Shown piece after piece: positions 20,181 to 30,416 of a stretch of DNA of 64,000 nucleotides. Position 1 is the stretch's first letter. The number at the start of each line of letters is the position of its first letter. The position numbers were made by a program, and so were the translations under genes. The stretch is from contig CAVVYZ010000015.1 of the NCBI GenBank assembly GCA_963752595.1, positions 64,001-128,000 of the forward strand, written 5' to 3'. The notes beneath the pieces are model-generated. The model was given only the letters and a program-made list of their open reading frames with translations. It searched no databases and had not been told where the DNA came from. This stretch comes from an uncultured delta proteobacterium (GTDB lineage: Bacteria > Desulfobacterota > Desulfomonilia > UBA1062).

Positions 20181-21095
20181 TTCCGAGCCCCAGCTTCAGT
20201 CGGAATTTCCTGCTGATGACCTCGGCAACGATATTGATCATGAGCGTGATGAGAAAGAGGATCAGGCCTATGGCGAACAGGGCATGGAAGTGGGGGCTTC
20301 CCATGACGGCTTCGCCCATCTCTGCCGCAATGGTCGATGTCATGGGCCGTACCGGGTCGAATATCGATGCGGGGATCACGGCTGCACCGCCTGCAACCAT
20401 GAGAACGGTCATGGTCTCTCCCACGGCCCTGCTCATGCCCAGGATGATGGCGGTCGAGATCCCCGATCCTGCAGCCGGGACGACCACCTGGGTGAGCGTC
20501 TGCCAGCGGTTCGCGCCCAGCGCCAGTGACGCCTCCCGGAAGCTTCTGCGGTACGAAACTCAGGGCGTCCTCCGCAAGGCTCGCTACGGTCGGTGTGGCC
20601 ATGATGCCCAGTACCAGGCGAGGCGGTGAAGGCATGAGGCCGGTAGGGATTCCGAGCGGGTCCTGGAGAAAAGGCGCGACGACGACCATGCCGAAGAACC
20701 CATAGACGATGGAAGGTATCCCGGCAAGGATCTCGATCATGGGTTTCAGCAATGCCCGCTGCGAGTCGGTTGCCAGCTCATGGAGAAACAGCGCGGTGCC
20801 GATCCCTATGGGGACGCAGACGACCAGGGCGCCGAACGTCACCAGAAACGAGGCAAGGATCAAGGGGAGCATGCCGAATTCGGGAGGACTGTAGGTTGGA
20901 TACCACGACGTCCCGAATATGAGTTGAAAAATGATTGTATTGCGTGAATATGGGCAGCGATTCTCTGAACAGGGTCAGAATGATCCCGATGAGAAATACC
21001 AGCGACGCAAAAGCCAGGATGGTAAATACCCACCGGTAAACCGTCTCCCTGATATTCCGTATTGCATCACTGGATTGATCCCGGAAGTCTTCCAT
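20176..21095 (-). CDS. pstC: Phosphate ABC transporter permease PstC (several frameshifts)
   Basis: IEILAGIPSIVYGFFG and SRAVGETMTVLMVAG motifs across fragment ORFs. Confidence 0.88.
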
Positions 21096-21118
21096 AAAGA
21101 ACTTCTTAGAGGCTTTCT

Positions 21119-21156
21119 GTTAATTTTCAATTAAGATCAGGTGAATTTTTCATGAA
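21119..21156 (-). promoter_or_regulatory. Pho-box-like array upstream of pstC
   Basis: Four minus-strand units TTCAT/TTCAC/TTAAT/TTAAC at 21152, 21141, 21130 and 21119, exactly 11 bp apart. Confidence 0.65.
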
Positions 21157-21217
21157 GAAACGTTCTTAAGAGAGGATTGCTTTCGTGTTTTTTTAAAATA
21201 AAGCTTCAGTTTACCAG

Positions 21218-22944
21218 TCAGGCCGAGAGGGGAAGGGTGAGGGTGAACGTCGTGCCCTCATAGGGCCTGCTTGCTACCGTGACGGTCCCGTTATGAAGGG
21301 TGGCGATATGCTTGACGATGGCGAGGCCGAGCCCGGTTCCCCCAAGCTTTCCTGGACCTCGATTTGTCTACCACGTAAAATCGCTCGAAAATCCTGTTCA
21401 GATGCTCTCTGGGGATGCCGATGCCGGTGTCCGAGATCTGGACGACCGCATAGTTTCCGGGCTTCTCGATGTATGGTGATCCCTCCCTGCTCGGAATATT
21501 TCACCGCATTGTCGATGAGGTTGATGAAGCAGCTGCTCGAGCCTGAAGGGATCTCCCTTGATGACTATCCGGGGCTGATCCTTTTGTCGAAAGCCGCAGT
21601 CAAGGTCTTTTCGTTTATCCTCGGCTCGAAAATCGTCATCACATTTCGATAGGGGCCTTGAGGTGACCTCTGCTGCAATCAAGCTCGATCGTCCTTCGGC
21701 TTCGAGCTCGGGAGAGGTCGAGGAGATCGTTGATGATGTTGATGAGCCGGTCCGTATTGCGCTTATGATTTCGAGAGTATTCCGTCTTCTGTCCCGGGCG
21801 CTCTCCTCGCAGGGTCTCGGTGAAACCCTTTAATCGCCGTCAGGGGGGTTCTCAGCTCATGGGAAACATTGACCACAAGGTCTTTCTTGATCTTTTCGAG
21901 CCGCTTCATCCCGCTCATGTCATGGAAGCAGGACTATCTTGGCTTTGCCTGCACGGATGGGGGTGATGCTGCAGAGGTAGATCTTCTCTTCGAGCTCGAT
22001 CTCGTCGGTCCAAAGATTCACTTGGGCTTCGTCGACGAGGCGTTGAGCCGGGGAGACCTGATAAGTTCCCAATAGTATCTCCCGACCGCACGTGTCGAAC
22101 CGGTGAGGGTTCGGCGCTGCGTTGGTCAGCAGGATCTTACCCTCGGGATCGATGACGAACAGTCCTTCCTCCATGGAAGAGATGATGCTCTGGAGCTCTT
22201 CTTTGCTGTTGGAGAATTCGGAAAAGATTTTTCGAGCTTTGCCGTCATTTCATTGAAGCTCTCTGCCAGCTCCTGGATCTCATCGCCGCTTCTCAAGCTT
22301 ACTCGTGCTGAGAAATCACCTGCTGCAAGGCTTTTCGATGCCCTGCTCAGCTTTCTGATGGGCGTGGATATGATTTGGGTGAATACCAGAGCAATCAGTA
22401 GTGAAGAGAATATAATGCTTAAACCAAGTTCGAGCGTATGCTTTTTTACCGAATCCAGGAGGGGGTCGATGGCATTGAGCGGGACGCTCAGGCGCATGAC
22501 GGCTTCTGCTTTGCCTTCGGATTCCATGGGCAGGGCCACGTAGAGCATGTTGTGCTTCAGGGTTGTGCTGTAACGGATGGAGCTGCCCATCTTTCCTGCA
22601 AGAGCGGCCATAAACTCGGGCCTGTTTCCATGATTCTCCATGGTCTGCACCGGGTGCTCCGAGTCGGCAATGACGGTTCCTTTGCTGTCTATGATGGTGA
22701 TGCGGACCTGGATATCTCCATCGATTCTCTTGATGGATGTGTTGAGTTCATCGATGCGGCCCTGCTGCAGGAGCGGGGTTGTCACGTACCGGAGCGACCT
22801 TCCGAGTTTCCCCAGGTTGTCTGTGGAGGTCTCCACAGCGTGCGAGCTGAAAGCACGGAAAACGATGGCCAGGATAATGCCCGAGATTGCGACGATCAAT
22901 AAGAGGTATGTCAGGTAGAGTTTGAGAAATATGGGCTTCTTCAT
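21218..22944 (-). CDS. phoR: PhoR-like sensor histidine kinase (TM-HAMP-PAS-HisKA-HATPase), heavily frameshifted
   Basis: [10 protein letters not shown] periplasmic motif; [17 protein letters not shown]; H-box NVSHELRTP at about 21870; remnants of [14 protein letters not shown] and GTGLGL; C-terminus [12 protein letters not shown] stop. Confidence 0.85.
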
Positions 22945-23618
22945 TCTTCCAGCTTGTACCCTATTCCCCTGATGTTGGCGATGAGCTTACCAACTTCGCC
23001 GAGCTTGTCCCTGAGGTTCTTCACATGGACATCCACGGTTCTGTCCAGGACAGCCTTTTCATTTCCCCAGAGATGGTCGAGTATCTTTTCCCGGCTGAAC
23101 ACCCTTCCCATATTCGAAGCGAGCAGGTAAAGGATCTTGAATTCAGCCTGGGTGAGTTGGATGTTTCCGGCGCTCGTCTTTACCTCGAAGCGCTCGGGAT
23201 CGATCGTGAGAGAATCTCCTACCGAGATCGGGCCTTCAAGGTGATGCCCGCTTCTCCTGAGTACCGCCTTCACCCTTGCCGTGAGCTCTCTGGGTGCGAA
23301 GGGCTTGGTGATATAATCATCGGCACCGAGATCGAGGCCGGTCACCTTGTCCGTCTCCTGGCCTTTGGCCGTAAGCATGATGATCGGGATATGAGAAGTA
23401 GCCCCGTCTTTCCTGATATCCCTGCAGAGCTCGAACCCGTCGGCATCCGGGAGCATGAGGTCAAGGATGATGAGGTCGGGCTTATGCAGCTGCAATGATT
23501 GGACAAAGCCTTTGGCATCCGTATACCCGCTGACGGCAAAACCTGCCCTCTCGAGGTGGAGTGTCACCAGATGGAGGATATCCGGTTCATCGTCCAGTAC
23601 GAATATTTTCGTGCTCAT
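22941..23618 (-). CDS. phoB: OmpR/PhoB-family response regulator
   Basis: Receiver domain (DD, DLMLP, KPF) plus winged HTH RTVDVHVKNLRDKL; adjacent to phoR and pst. Confidence 0.88.
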   Translation of the reverse strand: MSTKIFVLDDEPDILHLVTLHLERAGFAVSGYTDAKGFVQSLQLHKPDLIILDLMLPDADGFELCRDIRKDGATSHIPIIMLTAKGQETDKVTGLDLGADDYITKPFAPRELTARVKAVLRRSGHHLEGPISVGDSLTIDPERFEVKTSAGNIQLTQAEFKILYLLASNMGRVFSREKILDHLWGNEKAVLDRTVDVHVKNLRDKLGEVGKLIANIRGIGYKLEE

Positions 23619-23759
23619 ATGTTCTCATGTCCCCTGGAGAGAATTCTCCCGCTTGCCCTAAAGATAGATTTAAATGCCGTCTTATGCAACGGTCTTTTCA
23701 GTTCTCCCCGACAGCACGATAAAAAGGGTTCTGGGGAGAGATGCTGATAACTCAATTTA

Positions 23760-23798
23760 TTAACATATTCTTCACACTTCCTTGAATCATGTTTGACA
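23760..23798 (+). promoter_or_regulatory. Pho-box-like repeats in the phoB / haemolysin-III intergenic region
   Basis: TTAACA, TTCACA, TTGAAT and TTGACA at 23760, 23771, 23782 and 23793 (11-bp phase). Confidence 0.55.
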
Positions 23799-23832
23799 GA
23801 TAAAGTATCCCGTCTTGTGGTAAGAGGGTGAC

Positions 23833-24513
23833 ATGGCCATAAAGGGAAACATCAAAACGATACTCTCCTCTTTCAATGATCCTGTGAGCGGGCTAACCCA
23901 TTTCGTCGGTGCCCTGCTGTCAGTCGTCGGTCTCGGCTTACTCATATGGAAGACGACGCATCCCTTCAATGCAGTGCATCTTGCAGCCTGTGCGGTCTTC
24001 GGACTCGGCCTGATCCTGCTCTACTCGGCCAGCACACTCTACCACTTGCTTCCCCTGACGGACAAAGGAAGGGTGGGTTTACGCAAGCTCGATCACATCA
24101 TGATCTTTGTGCTCATTGCATCCACCTACACCCCGTTCTGTCTCATTCCTTTCAGGGATTCATTCGGGTGGGCGATGTTCGGAGGTGTCTGGACCATTGC
24201 AATACTGGGAACGGCATTCAAGATTTTCTGGATCCATTGCCCCAGATCGATATCAACGCTGCTCTACGTTTCCATGGGATGGATCGCCATAGCCGGAATC
24301 CGCCCGATCTTGCGTATCCTCGAGCCTTGGGCATTGTTCTGGCTCGTCTCAGGCGGTGCACTCTACAGTATCGGCGCAGTCATCTATACATGTAAAAGGC
24401 CGAATCCGATTCCCCGCTGGTTCGGGTTTCATGAAATTTTCCATGTCTTCGTCATCCTCGGCAGCCTTTCGCACTTCTGGGTGATTTATAAATACATAAC
24501 AGCTTATGCCTAA
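23833..24513 (+). CDS. Haemolysin III / PAQR (TrhA/YqfA-like) membrane protein
   Basis: ASTLYH, LDHIMIFVLIASTYTP and HEIFHVFV motifs; 7 TM. Confidence 0.93.
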   Translation: MAIKGNIKTILSSFNDPVSGLTHFVGALLSVVGLGLLIWKTTHPFNAVHLAACAVFGLGLILLYSASTLYHLLPLTDKGRVGLRKLDHIMIFVLIASTYTPFCLIPFRDSFGWAMFGGVWTIAILGTAFKIFWIHCPRSISTLLYVSMGWIAIAGIRPILRILEPWALFWLVSGGALYSIGAVIYTCKRPNPIPRWFGFHEIFHVFVILGSLSHFWVIYKYITAYA

Positions 24514-24569
24514 AACGGGATATGGATTGATCCTTTACCTTCATTCGATGAAATAAACAAAAAAATAAA

Positions 24570-24593
24570 AAGGCCGGGATCTATCCCGGCCTT
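24570..24593 (-). terminator. Intrinsic terminator (probably bidirectional)
   Basis: AAGGCCGGGAT-CT-ATCCCGGCCTT perfect stem preceded by a long A-run; between convergent genes. Confidence 0.8.
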
Positions 24594-24619
24594 ATCAATC
24601 TTTTCTCTGAAATTATAGT

Positions 24620-25306
24620 TTAATCCTGTTTCTGGAACCTTTGCCTTAATTTTGCAATACCGATTAAACCGGTTCCCAGGAGAAGCATTGTTGACGGCTC
24701 GGGAACAGGTGCACCGGGAACAGAAGTACTATATTCTCCGCCTGCTCCGACATTCTGAAACCGGATGTACCAGTCGGATATATCGCCGGGGTTTCCTGAG
24801 AAGATTATGTTAAGCGTTGCAGGAGTCTCAAAGAGATTGCTGCCGGTATAGCCCATTGCCAGGGGATTGATCAAGCCGTACTGGACCCCGTTTGTCGTTT
24901 TCGGAATAAAGTCGAATTTCGTACCGCCGGAACCTTCCAGTACGGGTTTCTTCGAGAACGTCCAGTTGTTTGAGATATCCGTGTAGTCCCCCGATCCTTC
25001 TCCTTGAACCAGACTGAAAGCGAGCACATCGAGGTCGGTGTGTTCCACATCGGCTGATGCATTAAACCCAAGCGCTACGATTGCCGGAGAATTGGAATTA
25101 TCCAGACTGTCGACAAGAGGAGATGTATTATTCAGTATAATGCTCAGTGTGTTTCCCGTAATGGTGTAATCAAGAAATGCGCTTACCGGAGCCGTATATC
25201 CATTCGACCCGGTATAGTCGCCTGAGAAGCTGACAGAAAGACAGAATGCCGGTACTGATACGCCAAGCGTACATAATGCCAGCACAATGATGCGGACAAA
25301 ATTCAT
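24620..25306 (-). CDS. PEP-CTERM sorting-domain surface protein
   Basis: Signal peptide MNFVRIIVLALC; C-terminal PVPEPSTMLLLGTGLIGIAKLRQR; AAGGAG RBS favours the start at 25306. Confidence 0.9.
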   Translation of the reverse strand: MNFVRIIVLALCTLGVSVPAFCLSVSFSGDYTGSNGYTAPVSAFLDYTITGNTLSIILNNTSPLVDSLDNSNSPAIVALGFNASADVEHTDLDVLAFSLVQGEGSGDYTDISNNWTFSKKPVLEGSGGTKFDFIPKTTNGVQYGLINPLAMGYTGSNLFETPATLNIIFSGNPGDISDWYIRFQNVGAGGEYSTSVPGAPVPEPSTMLLLGTGLIGIAKLRQRFQKQD

Positions 25307-25344
25307 AGGTGACTCCTTCTCTGAGTAAATCATAGCAATCCTTC

Positions 25345-25361
25345 AGCAATATAAATGCCAA
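25345..25361 (-). promoter_or_regulatory. Sigma54 (-24/-12) promoter of the PEP-CTERM gene
   Basis: Minus-strand TTGGCATTTATATTGCT with canonical GG-N10-GC spacing. Confidence 0.65.
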
Positions 25362-25471
25362 AGTATAACATTAAAGAAATACAGTGCTAATTCAGATATG
25401 TCTCGATATTGCTCATGAGATAAGGGAAAAACAATTCCATGTTATTATACATATTATTCTTTCTCGACCCA

Positions 25472-26941
25472 TCAAAACTTCCCTTTTTTGATCTGTTCGA
25501 CCTTGTTCCAAAACTCCTGCTCTTTTTTCTCAATAGTCCTGCAGCATGTGATGACATTTCGTAAACCAAGGATATTAATGCCATTGTCACCGAGGATGCC
25601 CCCGATGTTCTCCTGGTCGCGTGTCATACATGCGAGGGCAAGAGGTGAATGGACGGCATATACGATATCATTAGGCTTTACACAGGGGATGAAGGGAAAA
25701 GAATTACCCTTAAGGGTTTCAATGGCTGATAATACATCCTTCCTGTCCGGGAATGTAAAGATACTGAGTTCCCTGCCTTGAGAAACGCGGGAGAATTCTC
25801 TGATCCTGCTAACCGCTTTCTCCAGGCATGCTGCCATGTGTCTGATCTCTTTCTCTTTGTTTTCCCAGCCAAGACTCAGCCGAACGGCGTCACAGGTATT
25901 GTGCAAATCAACATGCATTGCCTCCAGGACATAGGAGAAATCTTCGCCGTAATCCTTGAGGGAGGAGCCCGACGAAACGACGATGTCCATGGAATCAAGA
26001 CAGGCGGACATTGAATCACCGGTTACTCCTTCAAAGGATACACACAGTATATGCGGTAACCTCGGGGCATCGAAACCATGAATCATTGCCCCTGTTATCC
26101 TGCTGGTTATCTGCTGTTCAAGGGATTCCCGCAGAGATGTCATCAGGATGCGGTTATTCTCGAGGTCCCTTTGCGCCACGCTGCAGGCTACCCCGAATGC
26201 GACGATCCCCGGGATGTTCGGGGTGCCCGGCCTCAGGCCCTTTTCCTCTCCGGAACCGGAAAAGACAGGAATTATCTCCGCGCTGTTCCGTACATAGAGC
26301 GCCCCTACTCCTTTGGGGCCGTAGAGCTTGTGGGAGGACAGAGTCAGGAGGTCAATGGGAAGCTCTTCAACATTGATAGGGATCTTACCTGCACTTTGTG
26401 CTGCATCTACATGGAAAGCGATCCCTTTTGCATGCGCAGCGGCACCGATTTCTTTTATGGGCTGGAGTGTTCCTACTCCATGGTTTGCGTGCATGATGCT
26501 GATGAGAAGGGTGTCTTTGCATATCGCTTCCTTAACGGATTCGGGATCGACTCTTCCCTGGTTGTCGACAGGCACACATGTAACTCGGAAACCTTCACGT
26601 TCCAGGTGCCTGCAGGTATGAAGAACCGAGGGATGTTCTATGGAGGAGGTAATGATGTGGCTTCCCTTCGATCCCTTGGCATATATCGTACCCAGAATGG
26701 CGAGGTTGTTTGATTCCGTTCCCCCGCTGGTGAAGACTATTTCCTGCGGCCTGGCATTGATGAGGCAGGCTACCTGTGAGCGTGCTTCGTCCATACCCCG
26801 TTTCGTCCTTGATCCAAGGTCTGAAAAAGAAGCCGGCAGTCCGAAGTGATTTCCGAAATAGGGAAGCATGGCACCCAGGGCATCCGGGTGAAGCGGGGTG
26901 GTGGCCGCATGATCGAGAAACAGTTCTTTTGCGTGAGACAT
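25472..26941 (-). CDS. IscS/NifS-like class V PLP enzyme lacking the catalytic loop Cys, with a C-terminal DUF3343-like extension
   Basis: LDHAATTP, FTSGGTESNN, IEHPSV, HVDAAQ, SSHKLYGPKG and RPGTPN motifs; loop reads SSGSSL; about 95 extra C-terminal residues. Confidence 0.85.
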   Translation of the reverse strand: MSHAKELFLDHAATTPLHPDALGAMLPYFGNHFGLPASFSDLGSRTKRGMDEARSQVACLINARPQEIVFTSGGTESNNLAILGTIYAKGSKGSHIITSSIEHPSVLHTCRHLEREGFRVTCVPVDNQGRVDPESVKEAICKDTLLISIMHANHGVGTLQPIKEIGAAAHAKGIAFHVDAAQSAGKIPINVEELPIDLLTLSSHKLYGPKGVGALYVRNSAEIIPVFSGSGEEKGLRPGTPNIPGIVAFGVACSVAQRDLENNRILMTSLRESLEQQITSRITGAMIHGFDAPRLPHILCVSFEGVTGDSMSACLDSMDIVVSSGSSLKDYGEDFSYVLEAMHVDLHNTCDAVRLSLGWENKEKEIRHMAACLEKAVSRIREFSRVSQGRELSIFTFPDRKDVLSAIETLKGNSFPFIPCVKPNDIVYAVHSPLALACMTRDQENIGGILGDNGINILGLRNVITCCRTIEKKEQEFWNKVEQIKKGKF

Positions 26942-27161
26942 AGGTAGCCCCTTACTCAGCGAGTTTTCCGGTGTTTCCTCTGTGAGAAAAATACAAGACG
27001 AGAATCTTCGCCACATATCCCCCTCTGATCCATTTTATTGAACTACTATATGATTAGAAATAATGAGATGTACTAGCATCTTCAAGGAATTTTCTCGATG
27101 ATGCTTTTTTCATGCAATCTTTCATGGTATAGCCATCCTGATAGAGGAGTGGCATGGTGTT

Positions 27162-30100
27162 ATGCAGGGCTTAAGACTCTTCGCCGGAAATCTACTGGAG
27201 AATCTGGCAAAAAAATTGGCTGATAACCTGCATGAACCGCTTTCCTCCCCCTTTGAAAAGGAAATCATCGTAGTACAGAGCAAGGGCATGGAGCACTGGC
27301 TGTCCATGCAGCTTGCAGAGCGCCACGGCATCTGCTCCAACTGCTCTTTCCCCTTCCCCAATACCATGATGGACTATCTCTTCCGGCTCGTGCTTCCCGA
27401 TATGCCCGAAGAATCCCTCTTCGACAGGGGTTTCATGTCCTGGAGAATCATGAGCCTGCTGCCCGGCCTCGTTGAGAATGCCGGTTTCGAGTCCATGCGG
27501 TCCTACCTCCTGGACGATCCGAAAGGCATGAAGCTCTACCAGCTCAGTGACTGCCTCGCCGATATCTATGACAGCTTATGTCGTGTTCCGGCCCGAGATG
27601 ATGATGGGCTGGCAGGAAGGCAGCCGTTCCATGCCCGATTCCGCAGGCCGGCTCGAGGCCTGGCAGTCGCAGCTCTGGAAAGCCCTTTCGCAGGACCATG
27701 CCCATGAGCACATGGCAGCGTTGAGAGAACGTTTCCTTTCAGCCCTGAACTCTTCGAGCACCCGGTTCCTCCCCGGAGAGGATTTCCCTGTTCGGAATAT
27801 CCTATCTCCCCCCGTTCTACCTGGAAGTATTCTATGCCCTGTCCTTCTTCATCCCCGTGAATTTCTATCTCCTGAATCCCTGCAGGCAGTACTGGGGCGA
27901 TATCCGCTCCAGGAGCGAGATTGCGAGGATGACCATCCTGTACCGGGAAGCTGCCCAGGAGCTGTACCTCGAGGAGGGAAACAGTCTGCTCGCCGCCTTG
28001 GGAGCGGTTGGGAGAGACCTCTTCGACATCATTGCAGGATTACGAGCCCCAGGAGTTCGATGCCTTCAGCGACGCTCCCTCAGAAACGCTCCTCGGGCGC
28101 ATCCAGGGAGACATTCTCGACCTGGTGAACCCGAAGCCGGACGACGCCGCTCCGATCGGCCCGTCCGACACTTCAGTCCAGATCCACTCCTGCCACAGCC
28201 CCATGCGGGAGATCGAGGTCCTCAAGGACAACCTGCTGGCCCTCTTCGACGAAGACCCGGGTTTGAGGCCTGAGGATATCGTGGTCATGTCGCCCGAGAT
28301 CGAGAAATACATGCCGTTCATACAGTCCGTGTTCGATGTGCCGAAGAGCTCCCGTGCCTACATACCCTTTTCGATCGTGGACCGCTCCCTCAAGACGTCG
28401 AGCGCCCTTGCAGATGTCATCCTGGCCATTCTCGACTTGAGTCTGAGCAGGTTCGAGGCATCGAAAGTGCTTTCCCTGCTGGAGTCCGAACCTTTAAGAA
28501 AGCGGTTCGGCTTCCGCGAGCCGGACCTGGAGCTCATCCGGCGCTGGGTGTGGGAAAGCGGGATAAGGTGGGGCCTGGATGCCGGCTGGAAGCTAACACG
28601 CGGGCTGCCGGATTTTCGTGAGAACACCTGGGACTTCGGGCTCGACAGGCTTCTCCTCGGGTACGCCATGACCTCGGACGGCCGTCTCGGTTTCGGGTCG
28701 ATCCTCCCTTATGACGACATCGAGGGTGACAGCTCACAGATCCTGGGGTCGTTCCTCACCTTTATCACCAACCTGTTTACCCGCATCAGGACGATGCAGG
28801 AGCCGCATTCCCTCAAACGCTGGTCGGAAGAGCTCATGGGGCTGCTGGACGAGTTCTTCGATATCGATGAGTCTGCTGTGCCCCAGGCACGGGCGATCCG
28901 CTCGATCTTTACCCATATATCGCAGATCCGGACAAATGCCCGATTCGATGGGGATGTAAGTCTCGAAGTGATACGGGCGTACCTGAAGCAGACGTTCGGA
29001 GCGATCGAGGAGGGGAAGAATTTCCTTTTCGGAGGGATCACCTTCTGTGCCATGCTGCCGATGAGGAGCATCCCGTTCAAGGTCGTGTGCGTCCTCGGCA
29101 TGAATCATAATGATTTTCCGCGGCAGCAGCGCGCAAAGGGGTTCGACCTCATAGCCCACATGCCCCGCAAGGGGGACTGTCACCTGAGGAACAAGGATCT
29201 CTACCTGTTCCTCGAAGCCCTGCTGTCGGCCCGCAAGGTATTCTACGTGAGCTACATCGGGCAGAACATGCAGGACAACTCACCCATTCCGCCCTGCGTG
29301 CCCGTGAGCACCCTCCTGGACTACCTCGAAAGCGGATACCGTACTGAAGACGGCCGCCCCGTCAGGGAAGCCATGGTGAGAAGACACTGCCTTCAGGCAT
29401 TCAATCCCCGGTACTTCGCCGGTTATGACGGCCTTTTCAGTTACTCGGCGGAGAACGCGGAAGCTGCCGCCCGGCTCATCTCTCCTGAAAAGCAGGAAAG
29501 GAAGTTCATTTCCGGGAGACTGACCGAACCGGGAGATGAGTGGAAGACCATCGACATCGCAATGCTCTGCGAGTTTTTCCGGAACCCCTCGAAGTTCATC
29601 CTTAAGAGGAGACTTGCAATGGCCCTCCCCGGGAGTTTCTTGGGCCCCGATGACCTCGAGCCCGTCGACCTGACAGAGCTGGACCTCTACCAGCTCAGGC
29701 GGGACCACATCACTCACCTCCTCGAAGGGATCGATTGCGACAGCTCCTTCGAGCTCATCCGGATGGGAGGGTATCTCCCCCACGGAACGCCAGGCGATAT
29801 CGTGTTCTCCAGGATACGGCAGGAATCGGACTCCTTTGTCCGGACCGTCAGGAACTGCATTTCGAACGCAGAGCCCGTGACCAGGCTCATCGATCTGCAG
29901 TTGAAGCCCTTTACCGTCACCGGCAGCTTAAGGACCTACGGCCGGGACAAGATAATCCTCTGCAGGCCGGCAAATGTGAAGGCGGCGTATCTTTTCACGG
30001 CCTGGATCCACCATCTCGTCCTGTGTGCACTGTCTAAGAGCCCTGAATGCAGGAGCTACTATATCTCACGGGATGAAACCGTCGAGTTTACCGCTGTCAA

Positions 30101-30416
30101 GAACAGCCTGGACATGCTCGAAACGATCCTGAGCCACTTCTGGGAAGGCATGGCCCGGCCTTTGCCGTTTTTCCCCGAGACCTCGTGGAAGTATGCAACA
30201 ATGAGCTCGGGAAAAACCGGCTCCGTACCGAAGGAGGAAAATCTGCAAAAGGCACGGCTCGTCTGGGAGGGAGACCAGTATAGCAGGAATGAGTCGGAGG
30301 ATTTCTCCTACCGCATCTGTTTCCAGGGCAGAGACCCGCTCGATGCCGAGTTCGAGCAGATTTCCCTGTCTCTTTTCGGCCCGCTCATCGAACACCGGAA
30401 ATCGATCCTGTCATGA
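27162..30416 (+). CDS. recC: Exodeoxyribonuclease V gamma subunit (frameshifts at about 27575, 27765 and 28035)
   Basis: EIIVVQSKGMEHWL, NPCRQYWGDI, HSCHSPMREIEVL, LPMRSIPF and LFLEALLSAR motifs. Confidence 0.93.

Noticed and set aside
25955-25965. Selenocysteine recoding at the desulfurase active site
   Set aside because: The codon is CTC (Leu), not TGA, and the frame is open
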